Shown here in pieces: positions 37,737-49,723 of a DNA stretch of 64,000 bases. Under the pieces are notes generated by a model. It was not told the DNA's origin, did not search any database, and saw nothing but the letters and a program-made list of their open reading frames with translations. The stretch comes from an uncultured Pelagibacteraceae bacterium (lineage in GTDB: Bacteria; Pseudomonadota; Alphaproteobacteria; Pelagibacterales; Pelagibacteraceae): NCBI GenBank assembly GCA_902560815.1, contig CACENP010000003.1:22246-86245 (forward strand), in the 5' to 3' direction. The position numbers and the translations under genes are program-made. Numbering within the stretch: the stretch's first letter is position 1; each line of letters begins with the position of its first letter.

Positions 37737-39572
37737 TTAACTGTCTAAGAAACTTTTAAGTTGTTTTGATCTACTAGGATGCTTTAATTTTCTTAGAGCT
37801 TTCGCTTCAATTTGTCTTATTCTTTCTCTAGTGACTGAAAATTGTAACCCTACTTCTTCTAACGTGTGATCGGTATTCATACCAACACCAAATCTCATTC
37901 TTAAAACTCTTTCTTCTCTTGGTGTTAATGTTGACAAAATTTTTGTAGTAGCTTCACTTAGATTAGATTTTATTGCTTGTTCAAGGGGTGCTAACGCTTT
38001 TGTATCTTCTATAAAATCTCCGAGACTACTATCTTCTTCATCTCCAACAGGTTTTTCTAATGAAACAGGTTCTTTTGATATTTTTAAAACCTTTCTAACT
38101 TTATCTAATGGCATTCTTAATTTTTTTGACAATTCTTCAGGTGTTGCTTCTCTACCAAACTCACTTAGGATTAATCTTTGAGTTCTGACAATTTTATTTA
38201 TTGTCTCAATCATATGAACTGGTATTCTAATTGTTCTTGCTTGGTCAGCAATTGATCTTGTGATTGCTTGTCTAATCCACCAAGTTGCATAAGTTGAAAA
38301 TTTATATCCTCTTCGATATTCAAATTTATCAACTGCTTTCATCAATCCAATATTTCCTTCTTGAATTAAATCTAGAAATTGAAGACCTCTATTTGTATAT
38401 TTTTTAGCAATAGAAATTACCAATCTAAGGTTGGCCTCAACCATTTCTTTTTTTGCAATTCTTGATTCTTTTTCTCCTTTTTGAATTCTGCTAACTAGTT
38501 TTTTAAAATCTGTTACTGAAATTCCAAGTTTATTGCTTATCTCTATTAATCTTTCTCTGATATTTTTAAATTCATCTTTATTTTTTTGTAAAAATTTTTT
38601 CCATAAATCATTTGTTCCTAAAAACGCTTTTAAATTTGGATTTATTTCATTTCCAACATAAAACTTGATAAACTCTTCTCTAGATATTTTACTATCTAGT
38701 GCAAGTCGCAATAAATTACCTTCTAAGGAAATTATTTTTTTATTTTCTATATAATGCTTTTGCACCAATTCTTCTAAAACTGAAGGTGAAAGCTGTAAAG
38801 TCTTTATATTTTCAAGAATACCATCTACAATTTTCTGATAATTTTTTTCTTTAGAAGATGAAAAAGTCTGAGAGTTTAAAAGGCTCTGAAGTTTTTCATT
38901 TTGATATTTAATTAGCTTATTATATTCCTTTTTAAGATTACTTACAGTTTGTAGAATTTTTGGTTTAATCTCAGTTTCCATTGCCGCAAGAGTAGGATTA
39001 AATTCATCATCTGAAACTTCTGCAGTTTCTGATCTATTTTCCTCGCTTGAATCATTATCGGTTTTCTTTTGTTTGCTATTAGAACCTGTTTCTTCATCTT
39101 CAGTATAATTTGTGTCTATATCTATGATTTCTCTAACTAAAATTTCATCATTTTGGAGTTTTGTATCCCACTCAAAAAATTGTTGAGCAGTAATTGGGCT
39201 TTGGGAAAGAGCATTTAACATTACGTCTTTTCCTGCTTCAATTCTTTTTGCAATTGCGATCTCGCCTTCTCTCGATAAAAGTTCAACTCCTCCCATTTCT
39301 CTTAAATACATTCTTATTGGGTCGTCACTCTTTTCTATAGTTTTGCCTTCATCTTTTGTGGAAGATTCTTTTTTCTTTAAAGTTTTGTAATCAGATTTCT
39401 TTTCGACTAAAGAAATTTTATCATCCAGAATGTGCATAAAAGCTTGAGAAAGATTTTCTGTAGATAAATTTCTTTTTCCTAAGGATTTATTTAACTCTTC
39501 ATAAGTGATAAATCCTCTATGGATCCCACGACCCATCAATCTAGCAAATGATTTTGTAATAATTCGTTCCAC
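37737..39572 (-). CDS. rpoD: RNA polymerase sigma factor RpoD
   Basis: [60 protein letters not shown]. Confidence 0.98.
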   Translation of the reverse strand: MERIITKSFARLMGRGIHRGFITYEELNKSLGKRNLSTENLSQAFMHILDDKISLVEKKSDYKTLKKKESSTKDEGKTIEKSDDPIRMYLREMGGVELLSREGEIAIAKRIEAGKDVMLNALSQSPITAQQFFEWDTKLQNDEILVREIIDIDTNYTEDEETGSNSKQKKTDNDSSEENRSETAEVSDDEFNPTLAAMETEIKPKILQTVSNLKKEYNKLIKYQNEKLQSLLNSQTFSSSKEKNYQKIVDGILENIKTLQLSPSVLEELVQKHYIENKKIISLEGNLLRLALDSKISREEFIKFYVGNEINPNLKAFLGTNDLWKKFLQKNKDEFKNIRERLIEISNKLGISVTDFKKLVSRIQKGEKESRIAKKEMVEANLRLVISIAKKYTNRGLQFLDLIQEGNIGLMKAVDKFEYRRGYKFSTYATWWIRQAITRSIADQARTIRIPVHMIETINKIVRTQRLILSEFGREATPEELSKKLRMPLDKVRKVLKISKEPVSLEKPVGDEEDSSLGDFIEDTKALAPLEQAIKSNLSEATTKILSTLTPREERVLRMRFGVGMNTDHTLEEVGLQFSVTRERIRQIEAKALRKLKHPSRSKQLKSFLDS

Positions 39573-39638
39573 AGCAATAAAGTTTGGATGTCTTATATAG
39601 TGGTAAATACAAAAAAATCCATATTTAAATTTAGTGAT

Positions 39639-41414
39639 TTAATTGATTTTTTGATATTTTTTTAATTCTCTAATTTCATTAAATGTACTTTCGTCTAAAT
39701 CTTTTGAAAATTTTGATTCTAATTTCTCTATTCTGGCTTCTAGTTCGTGATTTTTAATATCACCAATTATTTCTTCGAGCAATTCTATTGTCTTATATTC
39801 ATCATTTTCTAATTTGTTCAATATATGCTTAATTGATGCAAATTGTGTAATTTTATTCAATATTTGAGGGTCTAATGACAAATCATTTTTTGATTGTGCT
39901 TGATTATTTTGCAGCTGTTTTAGCAAACTATCATAAATAATTTTATTTTCATTTGAGAACAATTTTACGTTTTCTAGTAAATTTAAATTATTTTTAATTA
40001 GCTCTAAGTTATTTATAATTAAATACAAAAATGAAAACTCTTTAACTTCAATTGAACTCAAATTTTTTGTTTCATTAAAGTATTTTTGAGTAGATTTTAA
40101 TGATTTAGTCTTTTTATAAAAGGTTTTGTTTTTATTTTGATTTGAATTTGGAGTAAGCAGACTTATCTTTTCTAAAAAAAACTCTAAGACATATTTTTTT
40201 ATAAACTCATCTTTTATAGAATATGCTATAGATCTTATTTTCTTTTCGAATATTGCTAAAGACGATGGGTCATCTTTAGTCTCATTTTTATAGTGATTAA
40301 ATATGAAATTGTGAATAGAGATTTTTTTTTCTTTTGTAAATTCTATGAAAAAATCTTTACCATTTTTATTAACAAAGCTATCTGGATCTTCCTTGTCTGG
40401 TAGAAATAAAAATGAAATTTGCTTTTCTGGTTTTAATTCTTTTATTAAATTTTCTGCAGCTCTTAATGCCGCCTTATAACCACTTTCATCACCATCAAAG
40501 CAAATTACTAAATCATTATAAAATTGATTCAAAACTGATATTTGTCTGTCTGTAAGCGAAGTTCCTAAGTTGGCAACTACATTTTCTATCCCTTTACTTC
40601 TTAGACCAACCACATCCATATATCCTTCAACTAAATAAACATATTCAATTTTATTTGATAATTTTCTTGCATAATCCAAATTGTATAAATTTGAACCTTT
40701 TTTAAAAAAAGGAGTTTCGGGTGAATTAATATATTTTGCTAAATAATTATTTTCCTTAATTGTTCTGCCGCCTAAAGCGATTGGTTGTCCAGTAATACTA
40801 TTAATTGGAAAAATGATCCTGTCTCTAAATCTTTCTACATATACTTTTTTTTTATCATCAAAATAAAATAATCCTGTATCGATTATATTTTTTTCATCAA
40901 ACTTAGATTTTATTTTTTCATAAAAATTTGAATTAAAAGGAACAAAACCAATTTTAAAATTTAAAACATCTTCTTTAGATAATTTTCTTTTTTTTAAATA
41001 TTCTCTTGCAATATTAAAGTCTTGATTTTTTAAAAGTTCATTATGATAAAATTCTACATACATTTTAAATATTTCAGAATATTCATTCCATTTTTTTTCT
41101 CTTTCTTCATCTTTTTTAGAAAACGTATAAGGCTGCATGCCTGCTAGATTTGCTAAATACTTAACTGCTTCTCCAAATTTTAAGTTTTGAGTTTTCATAA
41201 TAAAATCAAAAATATTTCCATGCTCTGCTGTGCTGAAGCAGTGATAAAAACCCTTTTCATCATTAACAGTAAATGATGGTGTTTTTTCAGTTTTAAAAGG
41301 AGAAAGACCTACAAATTCTTTTCCTCTTTTTTTTAAATTAACTGATTTCGAAACTACAGTTGAAACTTTTAATCTAGTTTTAATTTCATCTAAATATTCT
41401 TTTGGATATTTCAT
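39639..41414 (-). CDS. dnaG: DNA primase
   Basis: N-terminal EKTPSF..YHCF region, RFRDRIIFPI, KYINSPET, VEGYMDV, FDGDESG, DPD TOPRIM. Confidence 0.96.
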   Translation of the reverse strand: MKYPKEYLDEIKTRLKVSTVVSKSVNLKKRGKEFVGLSPFKTEKTPSFTVNDEKGFYHCFSTAEHGNIFDFIMKTQNLKFGEAVKYLANLAGMQPYTFSKKDEEREKKWNEYSEIFKMYVEFYHNELLKNQDFNIAREYLKKRKLSKEDVLNFKIGFVPFNSNFYEKIKSKFDEKNIIDTGLFYFDDKKKVYVERFRDRIIFPINSITGQPIALGGRTIKENNYLAKYINSPETPFFKKGSNLYNLDYARKLSNKIEYVYLVEGYMDVVGLRSKGIENVVANLGTSLTDRQISVLNQFYNDLVICFDGDESGYKAALRAAENLIKELKPEKQISFLFLPDKEDPDSFVNKNGKDFFIEFTKEKKISIHNFIFNHYKNETKDDPSSLAIFEKKIRSIAYSIKDEFIKKYVLEFFLEKISLLTPNSNQNKNKTFYKKTKSLKSTQKYFNETKNLSSIEVKEFSFLYLIINNLELIKNNLNLLENVKLFSNENKIIYDSLLKQLQNNQAQSKNDLSLDPQILNKITQFASIKHILNKLENDEYKTIELLEEIIGDIKNHELEARIEKLESKFSKDLDESTFNEIRELKKYQKIN

Positions 41415-41423
41415 AAACTTTTA

Positions 41424-41885
41424 TTACTTTCCTAATATCTCCTTTAACAAAGATCCTGCTTTAGAAAAATCTAATGTATCTGAATAATTTTTTTTCAATT
41501 CTCCCATAACTTTTCCCATATCTTTTATTGAACTGGCCCCAACTTTTTGTGCGACTTCAGAACATAACTTCTTAGTTTCTTCTTCACTTAATTGTTTTGG
41601 CAAATATGAAGATAATATTTTATGTTCATTTTCTTCAATTTTTAATAAATCCTCTCTATTGTTTTTTTTATAAACATCAATTGATTCGGCTCTTTGCTTA
41701 ATCATTTTTTTTAAAAGAGTTTTAATATCAGAATCGTCAGTGTCTTTCTTGTTCGGCCCTGATCTATTAGATATATCAAGATCCTTTATGCCTGATAAAA
41801 TTAACCTATAAGTTGATATTTTTGATTTATCTTTAGCTTTTAAAGCTTCATTATAATCCAAATTAATTTTATTTTTGAGGTCCAT
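41424..41885 (-). CDS. yqeY: GatB/YqeY domain protein
   Basis: KQRAESI..Y....REDL...E, YLPKQLS, KDMGKVMG. Confidence 0.9.
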   Translation of the reverse strand: MDLKNKINLDYNEALKAKDKSKISTYRLILSGIKDLDISNRSGPNKKDTDDSDIKTLLKKMIKQRAESIDVYKKNNREDLLKIEENEHKILSSYLPKQLSEEETKKLCSEVAQKVGASSIKDMGKVMGELKKNYSDTLDFSKAGSLLKEILGK

Positions 41886-42008
41886 TACTTTTATCCACTG
41901 TATAGAAAAAATTGTTCAAAAGAACAAATTGTATTTTAAAAAAAATATATTAGATCTGTTGCGAAAAAATACGTTTTATTGTATTAACCTTTAACTCATG
42001 AGTTGTAA

Positions 42009-43202
42009 TTGAACAAAAAGCAAAAAGTAAACTCAAAAAAATTTTCACATTTATCATCAGGTGTTTTAGTTCTTGAAAATAAAACAATATTTAAAGGTAT
42101 TGGTATTGGATATCAAGGAACAGCCACTGGGGAAGTTTGTTTTAATACCTCTCTAACAGGATATCAGGAAATTATATCGGACCCATCTTATGCTGGGCAA
42201 ATTATCAATTTTACTTTTCCGCATATTGGAAATGTTGGTGCTAATAATGAAGACCATGAGTCTGATAAGATTTGGACTAAAGGAGTTATTTTCAACACAG
42301 AAATAACTAACCCATCAAATTATAGATCCTTAAAAAAACTAGATGCTTGGTTAAAAAAAAATAGAATTGTAGGTATAACAGGATTGGATACTAGAAGCTT
42401 AACTAATTTTATTAGAGATAAAGGAGCACCAAAAGGTACTATTTCTAATAACAACAAAGGTATTTTTAATCTTAAAAAATTAACTAACAGCTCTATTAGA
42501 TGGCCTGGATTAAATGGCTTGGATTTAGCAAAAATAGTTACAACGAAAAAACAATATATATGGAAAGGTTTCAAAACATGGAAAAAAGAGAAAGGTTTTG
42601 AAAAAAACAAAAAGAAGAAATATAAAATTATTGCAATCGACTATGGAATTAAAAAAAATATTTTAAGATATTTTTCTAATTTTAATTGTGAAGTAATTGT
42701 AGTTCCTTGTAACCTTGAGCCTGAAGATATAATTAGATTAAAACCTGATGGTATTTTTTTATCAAATGGCCCTGGTGACCCAGCAGCAACAGGAAAATAT
42801 GCAATAAATATAATTCAAAAATTAATTAAAACAAATATTCCAATATTTGGAATATGTCTTGGACATCAACTTTTAGCTTTAGCACTCAAAGCAAAAACAA
42901 AAAAAATGAAATTGGGCCACAGAGGTGCAAATCATCCGGTAAAAAATTTAATTAATAGTAAAGTTGAGATTACAAGTCAAAACCATGGATTTGAAGTAAT
43001 TAAAGAAAGCTTACCAAAAAATGTTGAAATGACTCATAAATCTTTATTTGATAATTCTGTAGAAGGAATAAAATTAAAAAATAAACCTGTTTTTTCTGTT
43101 CAATATCATCCAGAGTCAAATCCTGGCCCTCAAGATAGCCATTATTTATTTAATCAATTTATTAACTTAGTAAAAAAAAATGCCAAAAAGAAAAGATATT
43201 AA
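42009..43202 (+). CDS. carA: carbamoyl-phosphate synthase small subunit
   Basis: [41 protein letters not shown]. Confidence 0.97.
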   Translation: MNKKQKVNSKKFSHLSSGVLVLENKTIFKGIGIGYQGTATGEVCFNTSLTGYQEIISDPSYAGQIINFTFPHIGNVGANNEDHESDKIWTKGVIFNTEITNPSNYRSLKKLDAWLKKNRIVGITGLDTRSLTNFIRDKGAPKGTISNNNKGIFNLKKLTNSSIRWPGLNGLDLAKIVTTKKQYIWKGFKTWKKEKGFEKNKKKKYKIIAIDYGIKKNILRYFSNFNCEVIVVPCNLEPEDIIRLKPDGIFLSNGPGDPAATGKYAINIIQKLIKTNIPIFGICLGHQLLALALKAKTKKMKLGHRGANHPVKNLINSKVEITSQNHGFEVIKESLPKNVEMTHKSLFDNSVEGIKLKNKPVFSVQYHPESNPGPQDSHYLFNQFINLVKKNAKKKRY

Positions 43203-46200
43203 AAAAATTTTAGTAGTGGGAGCTGGTCCAATAATTATTGGTCAAGCCTGTGAATTTGATTACTCTGGTACACAAGCTTGTAAAGCATTAAAAGATGAGG
43301 GTTATAAAGTAATATTAATAAACTCAAATCCTGCAACAATTATGACTGACCCTGGCGTTGCAGATAAAACTTACGTTGAACCAATAACAATAGATATTTT
43401 AGAAAAAATTTTAGTAAAAGAAAAACCAGATGCAATTTTACCAACTATGGGAGGGCAAACTGCTTTAAATTTAGCAATAAAAGCAGAAAAAGTTGGGTTG
43501 CTCAAAAAATATAAAATTGAACTAATTGGAGCAAATTCTAAAGCAATTTCTAACGCAGAAGATAGAAAAAAATTTAGAAAAAATATGAGTGATATTGGAT
43601 TAAATCTTCCAAAATCAGAAATCGTTAATAATATTAAACAGATTAAGAAATCTTTAAGTAAAGTTGGATTACCGGCAATAATAAGACCGGCATTTACTCT
43701 TGGTGGACTTGGAAGTGGTATAGCCAAAACTAAAAAAGATTTTTTCAAACGTGTAAATGAAGGTCTTGACGCATCACCAGTAAATCAAGTTTTGGTAGAA
43801 GAGTGTTTGGAAGGCTGGAAAGAATTCGAAATGGAAGTTGTTAGGGACAGAAAAGATAACTGTATCATAATATGCTCTATTGAAAATTTAGATCCTATGG
43901 GGATTCACACTGGAGACTCTATTACAATAGCACCTGCTTTAACTCTTACTGACAAAGAATATCAAGTAATGAGAAATGCCTCTATTGCATGCTTAAGAAA
44001 AATTGGAGTAGAAACTGGAGGTTCGAACGTTCAGTTTGCCATTAATCCAAAAAATGGTCGAATGGTGGTTATAGAAATGAATCCTAGAGTTTCTAGATCT
44101 TCAGCCCTTGCATCAAAAGCAACAGGATTTCCAATAGCAAAAGTGGCAGCAAAACTCGCCATTGGTTACACCCTTGATGAATTAAAAAATGAGATTACTA
44201 AAGTTACTCCCGCATCTTTTGAACCAACTATAGATTATGTGGTTACAAAAATTCCTAGATTTACTTTTGAAAAATTCTCTAGTTCACCTGCAATATTGGG
44301 AACTTCAATGAAATCAGTTGGTGAGGCAATGGCAATTGGAAGAAACTTTAAGGAGTCTCTACAAAAAGCATTAATATCTTTGGAGATTGGTTTGTCAGGT
44401 TTAGATAGAATTTTCGACTTAAATAAGAGCGATATTGAAAAGAAACTTAAGATTAATATCCCTAATAAAATTTTATTAATTGCGGAAGCAATGCGTAAAA
44501 AAATTAATTTAAAAAAAATATACAAATTGTCAAATGTAGATCCTTGGTTCTTGGAGCAAATTAAAGAGATTGTAGATGAAGAAAATAAAATTTCTAAAAA
44601 TGGTCTGCCTAAAAACTTTAATGAATTTAACAGAATTAAATCAATAGGATTCTCTGATAAGAAATTATCCCAACTAACTAATTTAAAAGAGAAAATTGTT
44701 AGAAGAAAAAGAATTGCTTTAAAAGTTTTGCCTGTATTTAAAAAAGTAGATACATGTGCTGCTGAATTTAAATCTTTCACTCCTTATATGTACTCAACAT
44801 ATCAAAGAAATTTTTCATTAAATACAGAATGTGAGGCAGATCCTTCTAAAAAAAATAAAATTATTATTCTAGGTGGTGGGCCAAATAGAATAGGTCAAGG
44901 AATTGAGTTTGATTACTGTTGTTGCCAAGCAAGTTATTCTTTAAAAGAAGCTGGATTTGAAACAATAATGATCAACTGTAATCCAGAAACTGTTTCTACT
45001 GATTATGATACAAGTGATAGATTATATTTTGAACCTTTGATTGAAGAATACGTTCACAACATAATTTTAAAAGAAAAATCAAAAGGAAATTTAATAGGGA
45101 TAATTGCACAATTTGGTGGTCAAACTCCTATTAAATTAGCAAAATTTCTTCACGATAACTCTTTACCAATAATAGGTACTCAATATTCATCAATTGATTT
45201 AGCTGAGGACAGAGACAGATTTAGAAAACTTTTAATTAAATTAAAATTAAAACAAGCAGATAGCGGAATAGCTAAAACATATAATGAAGCCATAAAAATA
45301 GCATCTGAAATTGGCTTACCGCTTGTTGTGCGGCCTTCTTATGTATTGGGAGGTAGAGCCATGGAGATAGTTCATGAAAAAAACCAACTAAAAAATTTTG
45401 TTCAAGAAGCATTTAAAGCTGCAGAAAATAATCCAATTTTAATTGATAGGTTTATTAATAATGCAATGGAAGTTGATGTTGATGCGATATCCGATGGCAA
45501 AGATGTTTTTGTTGCTGGAGTTATGCAGCATATTGAAGAAGCGGGAATTCACTCTGGAGACTCAGCCTGCTGTATACCTCCAGTAGCTATTAAAAAAGAA
45601 TTAATTGATGAAATTAATAATCAAACTAAAAAATTAGCATTAGCATTAAAAGTTAAAGGTTTTATGAACGTACAGTTTGCAATTAAAAATGATGAAATCT
45701 ACATTATTGAAGTTAATCCAAGAGCTAGCAGAACTGTACCTTTTGTTTCCAAAGCTAAAGGAATTCCTTTAGCCAAAATTGCTTCTAGAATAATGGCAGG
45801 AGAAAAATTAAAAAAATTCAATTTAAAAGATAAAAATAAAAACATTTTTGCTGTTAAAGAAGCTGTTTTCCCATTCAATAAATTTCCAAACGTTGATGTT
45901 TTGTTGGGCCCAGAAATGAAATCAACGGGAGAAGTAATGGGAATAGATAAAGATTTTGGTTTAGCGTATGCTAAAAGTCAAATTGCATCACAAAATTCTC
46001 TACCGACCAAAGGACTGGCATTTATTTCTTTAAAAGATAGGCACAAAAATGAAGGAGTAGATTTAGCAAAGCAATTAGTAAAATTAGGTTTTACATTATG
46101 CGGTACGGAAGGAACTGCAAATAGAATTATCAAAAATGGTATTAAGTGTAAAAAAATAAATAAAGTTAGCGGAGGTTCACCGCACATAATTGATGTATTA

Positions 46201-46404
46201 AATTCAAAAAAAATTGCATTAGTAATCAATACTGGAGGTGGTAAACGAGCATACCGTATACAAGACTCTACATCTTTAAGAAGGTCAACTTTGATAAATA
46301 AAGTTCCTTATTGTACAAATATGTCAACTGCTTATGCTTTTTTAGAGGCCATTAAATCATTAAAATCAAAAAAAATAGAAGTCAGATCTTTACAAGAAAT
46401 TTAA
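43180..46404 (+). CDS. carB: carbamoyl-phosphate synthase large subunit
   Basis: [17 protein letters not shown], duplicated ATP-grasp domains, [10 protein letters not shown]. Confidence 0.98.
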   Translation: MPKRKDIKKILVVGAGPIIIGQACEFDYSGTQACKALKDEGYKVILINSNPATIMTDPGVADKTYVEPITIDILEKILVKEKPDAILPTMGGQTALNLAIKAEKVGLLKKYKIELIGANSKAISNAEDRKKFRKNMSDIGLNLPKSEIVNNIKQIKKSLSKVGLPAIIRPAFTLGGLGSGIAKTKKDFFKRVNEGLDASPVNQVLVEECLEGWKEFEMEVVRDRKDNCIIICSIENLDPMGIHTGDSITIAPALTLTDKEYQVMRNASIACLRKIGVETGGSNVQFAINPKNGRMVVIEMNPRVSRSSALASKATGFPIAKVAAKLAIGYTLDELKNEITKVTPASFEPTIDYVVTKIPRFTFEKFSSSPAILGTSMKSVGEAMAIGRNFKESLQKALISLEIGLSGLDRIFDLNKSDIEKKLKINIPNKILLIAEAMRKKINLKKIYKLSNVDPWFLEQIKEIVDEENKISKNGLPKNFNEFNRIKSIGFSDKKLSQLTNLKEKIVRRKRIALKVLPVFKKVDTCAAEFKSFTPYMYSTYQRNFSLNTECEADPSKKNKIIILGGGPNRIGQGIEFDYCCCQASYSLKEAGFETIMINCNPETVSTDYDTSDRLYFEPLIEEYVHNIILKEKSKGNLIGIIAQFGGQTPIKLAKFLHDNSLPIIGTQYSSIDLAEDRDRFRKLLIKLKLKQADSGIAKTYNEAIKIASEIGLPLVVRPSYVLGGRAMEIVHEKNQLKNFVQEAFKAAENNPILIDRFINNAMEVDVDAISDGKDVFVAGVMQHIEEAGIHSGDSACCIPPVAIKKELIDEINNQTKKLALALKVKGFMNVQFAIKNDEIYIIEVNPRASRTVPFVSKAKGIPLAKIASRIMAGEKLKKFNLKDKNKNIFAVKEAVFPFNKFPNVDVLLGPEMKSTGEVMGIDKDFGLAYAKSQIASQNSLPTKGLAFISLKDRHKNEGVDLAKQLVKLGFTLCGTEGTANRIIKNGIKCKKINKVSGGSPHIIDVLNSKKIALVINTGGGKRAYRIQDSTSLRRSTLINKVPYCTNMSTAYAFLEAIKSLKSKKIEVRSLQEI

Positions 46405-47066
46405 TCTTCAACTTTCCAATCAGTTTTAAATGTAACATAATTGACTTGGAGACAACGTCTTTCTTTAACAATTTCTTTTTTTTCCATACCATGCCAAGTA
46501 TTTGGGCCACTTGAAAAAAAATATCCATAATTATCTCTAAAAGGAAGAGTTTTAACTTTTTTCAATTCACTATCATAAAAATCAGTTCCCAGATCCTCAT
46601 TTTCATTAAACTTATTTACGAATAGTAAGCATGAAATAAGCTTTTCTTTAATATCGCAATGTGGTTTTAACCAAAAACCTTTTCGATCACATATAACTTC
46701 AACTCTAACATAGGATTTAGATAAATCTTTTCCGATTAGACTTGAAATTTTTTCATACGTTTTTTTATTTTGAAGTTCTTGAATAAAATTTGTTAAATTT
46801 GGAAATTTGTTAGCGTTTTCTTTTGTTATAAAACATCTAAATTTTAAAGCTTTTCCTCCATCAGAAATACCTTCTCTAAATTTTCCTTCTCCTCCATCAA
46901 TCGCCCTAGTTCCATCATAATTAAGATTGTACTCAGTTGGGTTTGCAATATCTGCATTTACAATTTCATTAACTTGACGTTCAGTTAAAGGTTCATTTAA
47001 TTCCCAATGAGTAAAAGGACTTTCAAACTTTTTAGATTTTTTTTCAATGGAGTTTAGAAATGACAT
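46401..47066 (-). CDS. 2OG-Fe(II) oxygenase family protein
   Basis: PHCD (HxD), TWHG distal His, RRCLQ 2-oxoglutarate-binding Arg. Confidence 0.8.
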   Translation of the reverse strand: MSFLNSIEKKSKKFESPFTHWELNEPLTERQVNEIVNADIANPTEYNLNYDGTRAIDGGEGKFREGISDGGKALKFRCFITKENANKFPNLTNFIQELQNKKTYEKISSLIGKDLSKSYVRVEVICDRKGFWLKPHCDIKEKLISCLLFVNKFNENEDLGTDFYDSELKKVKTLPFRDNYGYFFSSGPNTWHGMEKKEIVKERRCLQVNYVTFKTDWKVED

Positions 47067-48004
47067 TATGATATTTTTTTTTTGATTTCATCTGCAATTC
47101 TAGATGTTTCATTTAAACTTTTATAGTTCCAAATATCAAGTTTTTCATTTAAATTTTTTGTTATATTTAATTTGCCAAATAATTCTCTAAACATTTTAAA
47201 TCTATGATCATTCCTTTTTGCTGGTAAATCTGCAATATATATGGGTTTTCCTGTAATAGCTGCCTCCGATATCATGGAAGTAGAGTCGCAAGTTACAACA
47301 ATATATTTTGCTAAAGATAGTCCAGAGAGATAAGCTTTTTTATCTATATTAGAAATTATAAGATTTTCTTTGCCCAATAGTTCATCTGCTAAATTTATTG
47401 TTCTCTTGGGAGTTCTCATTGATGGAATTACTATAGCTTGCAAATTATTAGTACTCAAAATTTTTTTAATTTTATCAAAAATATTTATTAAATTTTGATT
47501 ATCATAATCATAGTATTTATTAGGACCTCCTAAAACTAGTAACAAATAATCTTTATTTTTTTTAAGTTTTTCTTCAAGATAGCTATTATTATTTTCAATC
47601 TCATCTAAAGTTAAGTAGTGAATGGCTCCTTTTGATGAAATAACATTTTTTCCATTTAAACTGTCATGCTCTGGGGCAATTACGAAATCAAAATTACTTA
47701 GTGAAACTTTGGGATCTTGAATATGAATATTAAAAATTTTTTTATTTGAATTTTTCTTCAAATAAATTGAGGGAATTACACTTTTTCTTCCACAGGAAAT
47801 GATTATATCAAAATCTGGAACATCAAATTTTTTAAAAACTACATTTGAGATAGGAGTTAAATTAGGAGGAATCATTTTCCAAAAACTATTTAGTTCAACT
47901 TTCTGGTGAGTAAATTCGATATCTAAAGCTTTGGCTAAACCTTCAACTTGGCTTATCATGCCATGCATTCCTTCTGTCAATAATAACCCTTTTAATTTGC
48001 TCAT
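47066..48004 (-). CDS. ELM1/GtrOC1 family protein (glycosyltransferase-like)
   Basis: GMISQVEGLA, ISCGR, HIQDP, FDFVIAPEHD, VTCDSTSMISEA. Confidence 0.88.
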   Translation of the reverse strand: MSKLKGLLLTEGMHGMISQVEGLAKALDIEFTHQKVELNSFWKMIPPNLTPISNVVFKKFDVPDFDIIISCGRKSVIPSIYLKKNSNKKIFNIHIQDPKVSLSNFDFVIAPEHDSLNGKNVISSKGAIHYLTLDEIENNNSYLEEKLKKNKDYLLLVLGGPNKYYDYDNQNLINIFDKIKKILSTNNLQAIVIPSMRTPKRTINLADELLGKENLIISNIDKKAYLSGLSLAKYIVVTCDSTSMISEAAITGKPIYIADLPAKRNDHRFKMFRELFGKLNITKNLNEKLDIWNYKSLNETSRIADEIKKKIS

Positions 48005-48025
48005 TAATTACTATATAGCTTTGAT

Positions 48026-48970
48026 ATGAATCAAAATCCAACTAAACACACAAAAGTGTTAATAATTGGATCTGGTCCAGCCGGATATACAGCTGCAGTT
48101 TATGCGGCAAGAGCAATGTTAAAACCTATTATGGTTTCTGGTATGGAACCAGGTGGACAATTAACTACCACAACTGATGTTGAAAATTATCCTGGTTTTG
48201 CAGAAGTAATCCAAGGGCCATGGCTAATGGAACAAATGCGAGACCAAGCTAAAGCCGTAGGTACAGAAATGATTGAAGATCATATCTCTTCAGTAAATTT
48301 AAAATTAAAACCTTTTGAAGCAATAGGAGATGGTGGTCAAAAATATACTGCAGATTCAATTATAATTTCAACAGGAGCTCAGGCACGATGGTTAAATATT
48401 GAATCTGAACAAAAATTTAGAGGATTTGGTGTATCAGCTTGTGCGACATGTGATGGATTTTTCTTTAAAGATAAAACTGTTGCAGTTGTAGGTGGTGGAA
48501 ATGCTGCAGTTGAAGAAGCAATGTTTCTTACAAAATTTGCATCAAAAGTTCAATTAATTCACAGAAGAGATTCTTTAAGAGCTGAAAAAATGCTTCAAAG
48601 TAAATTAATGGCTAACAAAAAAATTGAAATTATTTGGGATAGTGTTGTTGAAGAAGTTATTGGAGACAATGATCCTAAAAATGTTAAGGGATTAAAAATT
48701 AAAAATGTAAAAACGAGTAAAATTGATGAATTAAAAATTGATGGATTATTTATTGCAATTGGACACGATCCTGCAACTCAACTATTTAAAGATCAATTAG
48801 ATATGGATAAAGAGGGCTATTTAACAACAAAACCAGATTCAACAGAGACAAATATACCAGGTGTTTTTGCTGCAGGAGATGTTAAAGATAAAATATTTAG
48901 ACAAGCTGTAACTGCTGCAGGAATGGGCTGTATGGCTGCTCTTGAAGCTGAAAAATTTTTATCACACTAA
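48026..48970 (+). CDS. trxB: thioredoxin reductase
   Basis: IIGSGPAGYTAA, CATCDG, GGGNAAVEEA, AAGDV. Confidence 0.97.
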   Translation: MNQNPTKHTKVLIIGSGPAGYTAAVYAARAMLKPIMVSGMEPGGQLTTTTDVENYPGFAEVIQGPWLMEQMRDQAKAVGTEMIEDHISSVNLKLKPFEAIGDGGQKYTADSIIISTGAQARWLNIESEQKFRGFGVSACATCDGFFFKDKTVAVVGGGNAAVEEAMFLTKFASKVQLIHRRDSLRAEKMLQSKLMANKKIEIIWDSVVEEVIGDNDPKNVKGLKIKNVKTSKIDELKIDGLFIAIGHDPATQLFKDQLDMDKEGYLTTKPDSTETNIPGVFAAGDVKDKIFRQAVTAAGMGCMAALEAEKFLSH

Positions 48971-48976
48971 AAAATT

Positions 48977-49390
48977 ATGAAATTAAATTGGATTATTTTT
49001 GTAACTGGATGGATGTCATTCAGAGCAGTTGGATCAGGCTTGTTTTTATTTTGGATTTTCACTAACAATGAACGTTCTGCACCATCTGAATGGATAGTTC
49101 CTTTTGTAGGTGACTTTATTATTGGGATAACTGCTTTATTTTTAGTTTACCACATTATAAAAAAACCAAGTGCTATCTTATGGGGTCTGTTACTGTCATG
49201 GAATGCAGTTGGTCTATTTGATTTAATTGGGGCAATAGATGTCAGCTTTGCTGCTCCTTATGGACCTATACCAGAAATAGGATTTAATGCCGTAACTGTA
49301 AGATCTATTTTAAGTTTAAATACTTTGTTACAGATTTCTTCTATATACTTATTGTTTCAAAAAGACGTAAAAGAATATTTCAAGATTTAA
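48977..49390 (+). CDS. hypothetical membrane protein (about 4 TMs)
   Basis: hydrophobic ORF 6 bp downstream of trxB; W..PF.GD..IG and WN..GL.D motifs. Confidence 0.7.
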   Translation: MKLNWIIFVTGWMSFRAVGSGLFLFWIFTNNERSAPSEWIVPFVGDFIIGITALFLVYHIIKKPSAILWGLLLSWNAVGLFDLIGAIDVSFAAPYGPIPEIGFNAVTVRSILSLNTLLQISSIYLLFQKDVKEYFKI

Positions 49391-49394
49391 AATT

Positions 49395-49721
49395 ATGTGC
49401 CCAGTATGTTGGATAAGTGGATTTATAGCTGCATTATTTGGAGGATCTTTTATAGCTGTTGCAAATCATCCAATATCTTGGATTTTAACTATAATTTTCA
49501 TTTCTTACGCTTTTTATAAATTTTATGAAGCGAAGAAAAGAGGAAAAAAAATGAGCGAAGAGACAAAAGATAGAAACAAAAAAACAATATTTAGATTTAT
49601 TCAAGGTGTAGCAGTTGGTTCAATTGTTACAATAATTATTTTTTATAGTCTAACTTATAAAGAACATGAAAGAATGCATGATCTCTTAGAGAAACACGGT
49701 ATTGAAAAGCATGAACATTAA
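49395..49721 (+). CDS. hypothetical membrane protein with N-terminal CPVC and His-rich C-terminus
   Basis: MCPVCW start, about 3 TMs, tail HERMHDLLEKHGIEKHEH. Confidence 0.7.
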   Translation: MCPVCWISGFIAALFGGSFIAVANHPISWILTIIFISYAFYKFYEAKKRGKKMSEETKDRNKKTIFRFIQGVAVGSIVTIIIFYSLTYKEHERMHDLLEKHGIEKHEH

Positions 49722-49723
49722 AT

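Noticed and set aside
43371-46229. Antisense ORFs inside carB (and similar short ORFs inside other core genes)
   Set aside because: They are reverse-frame shadows of well-conserved genes with no recognisable motifs.
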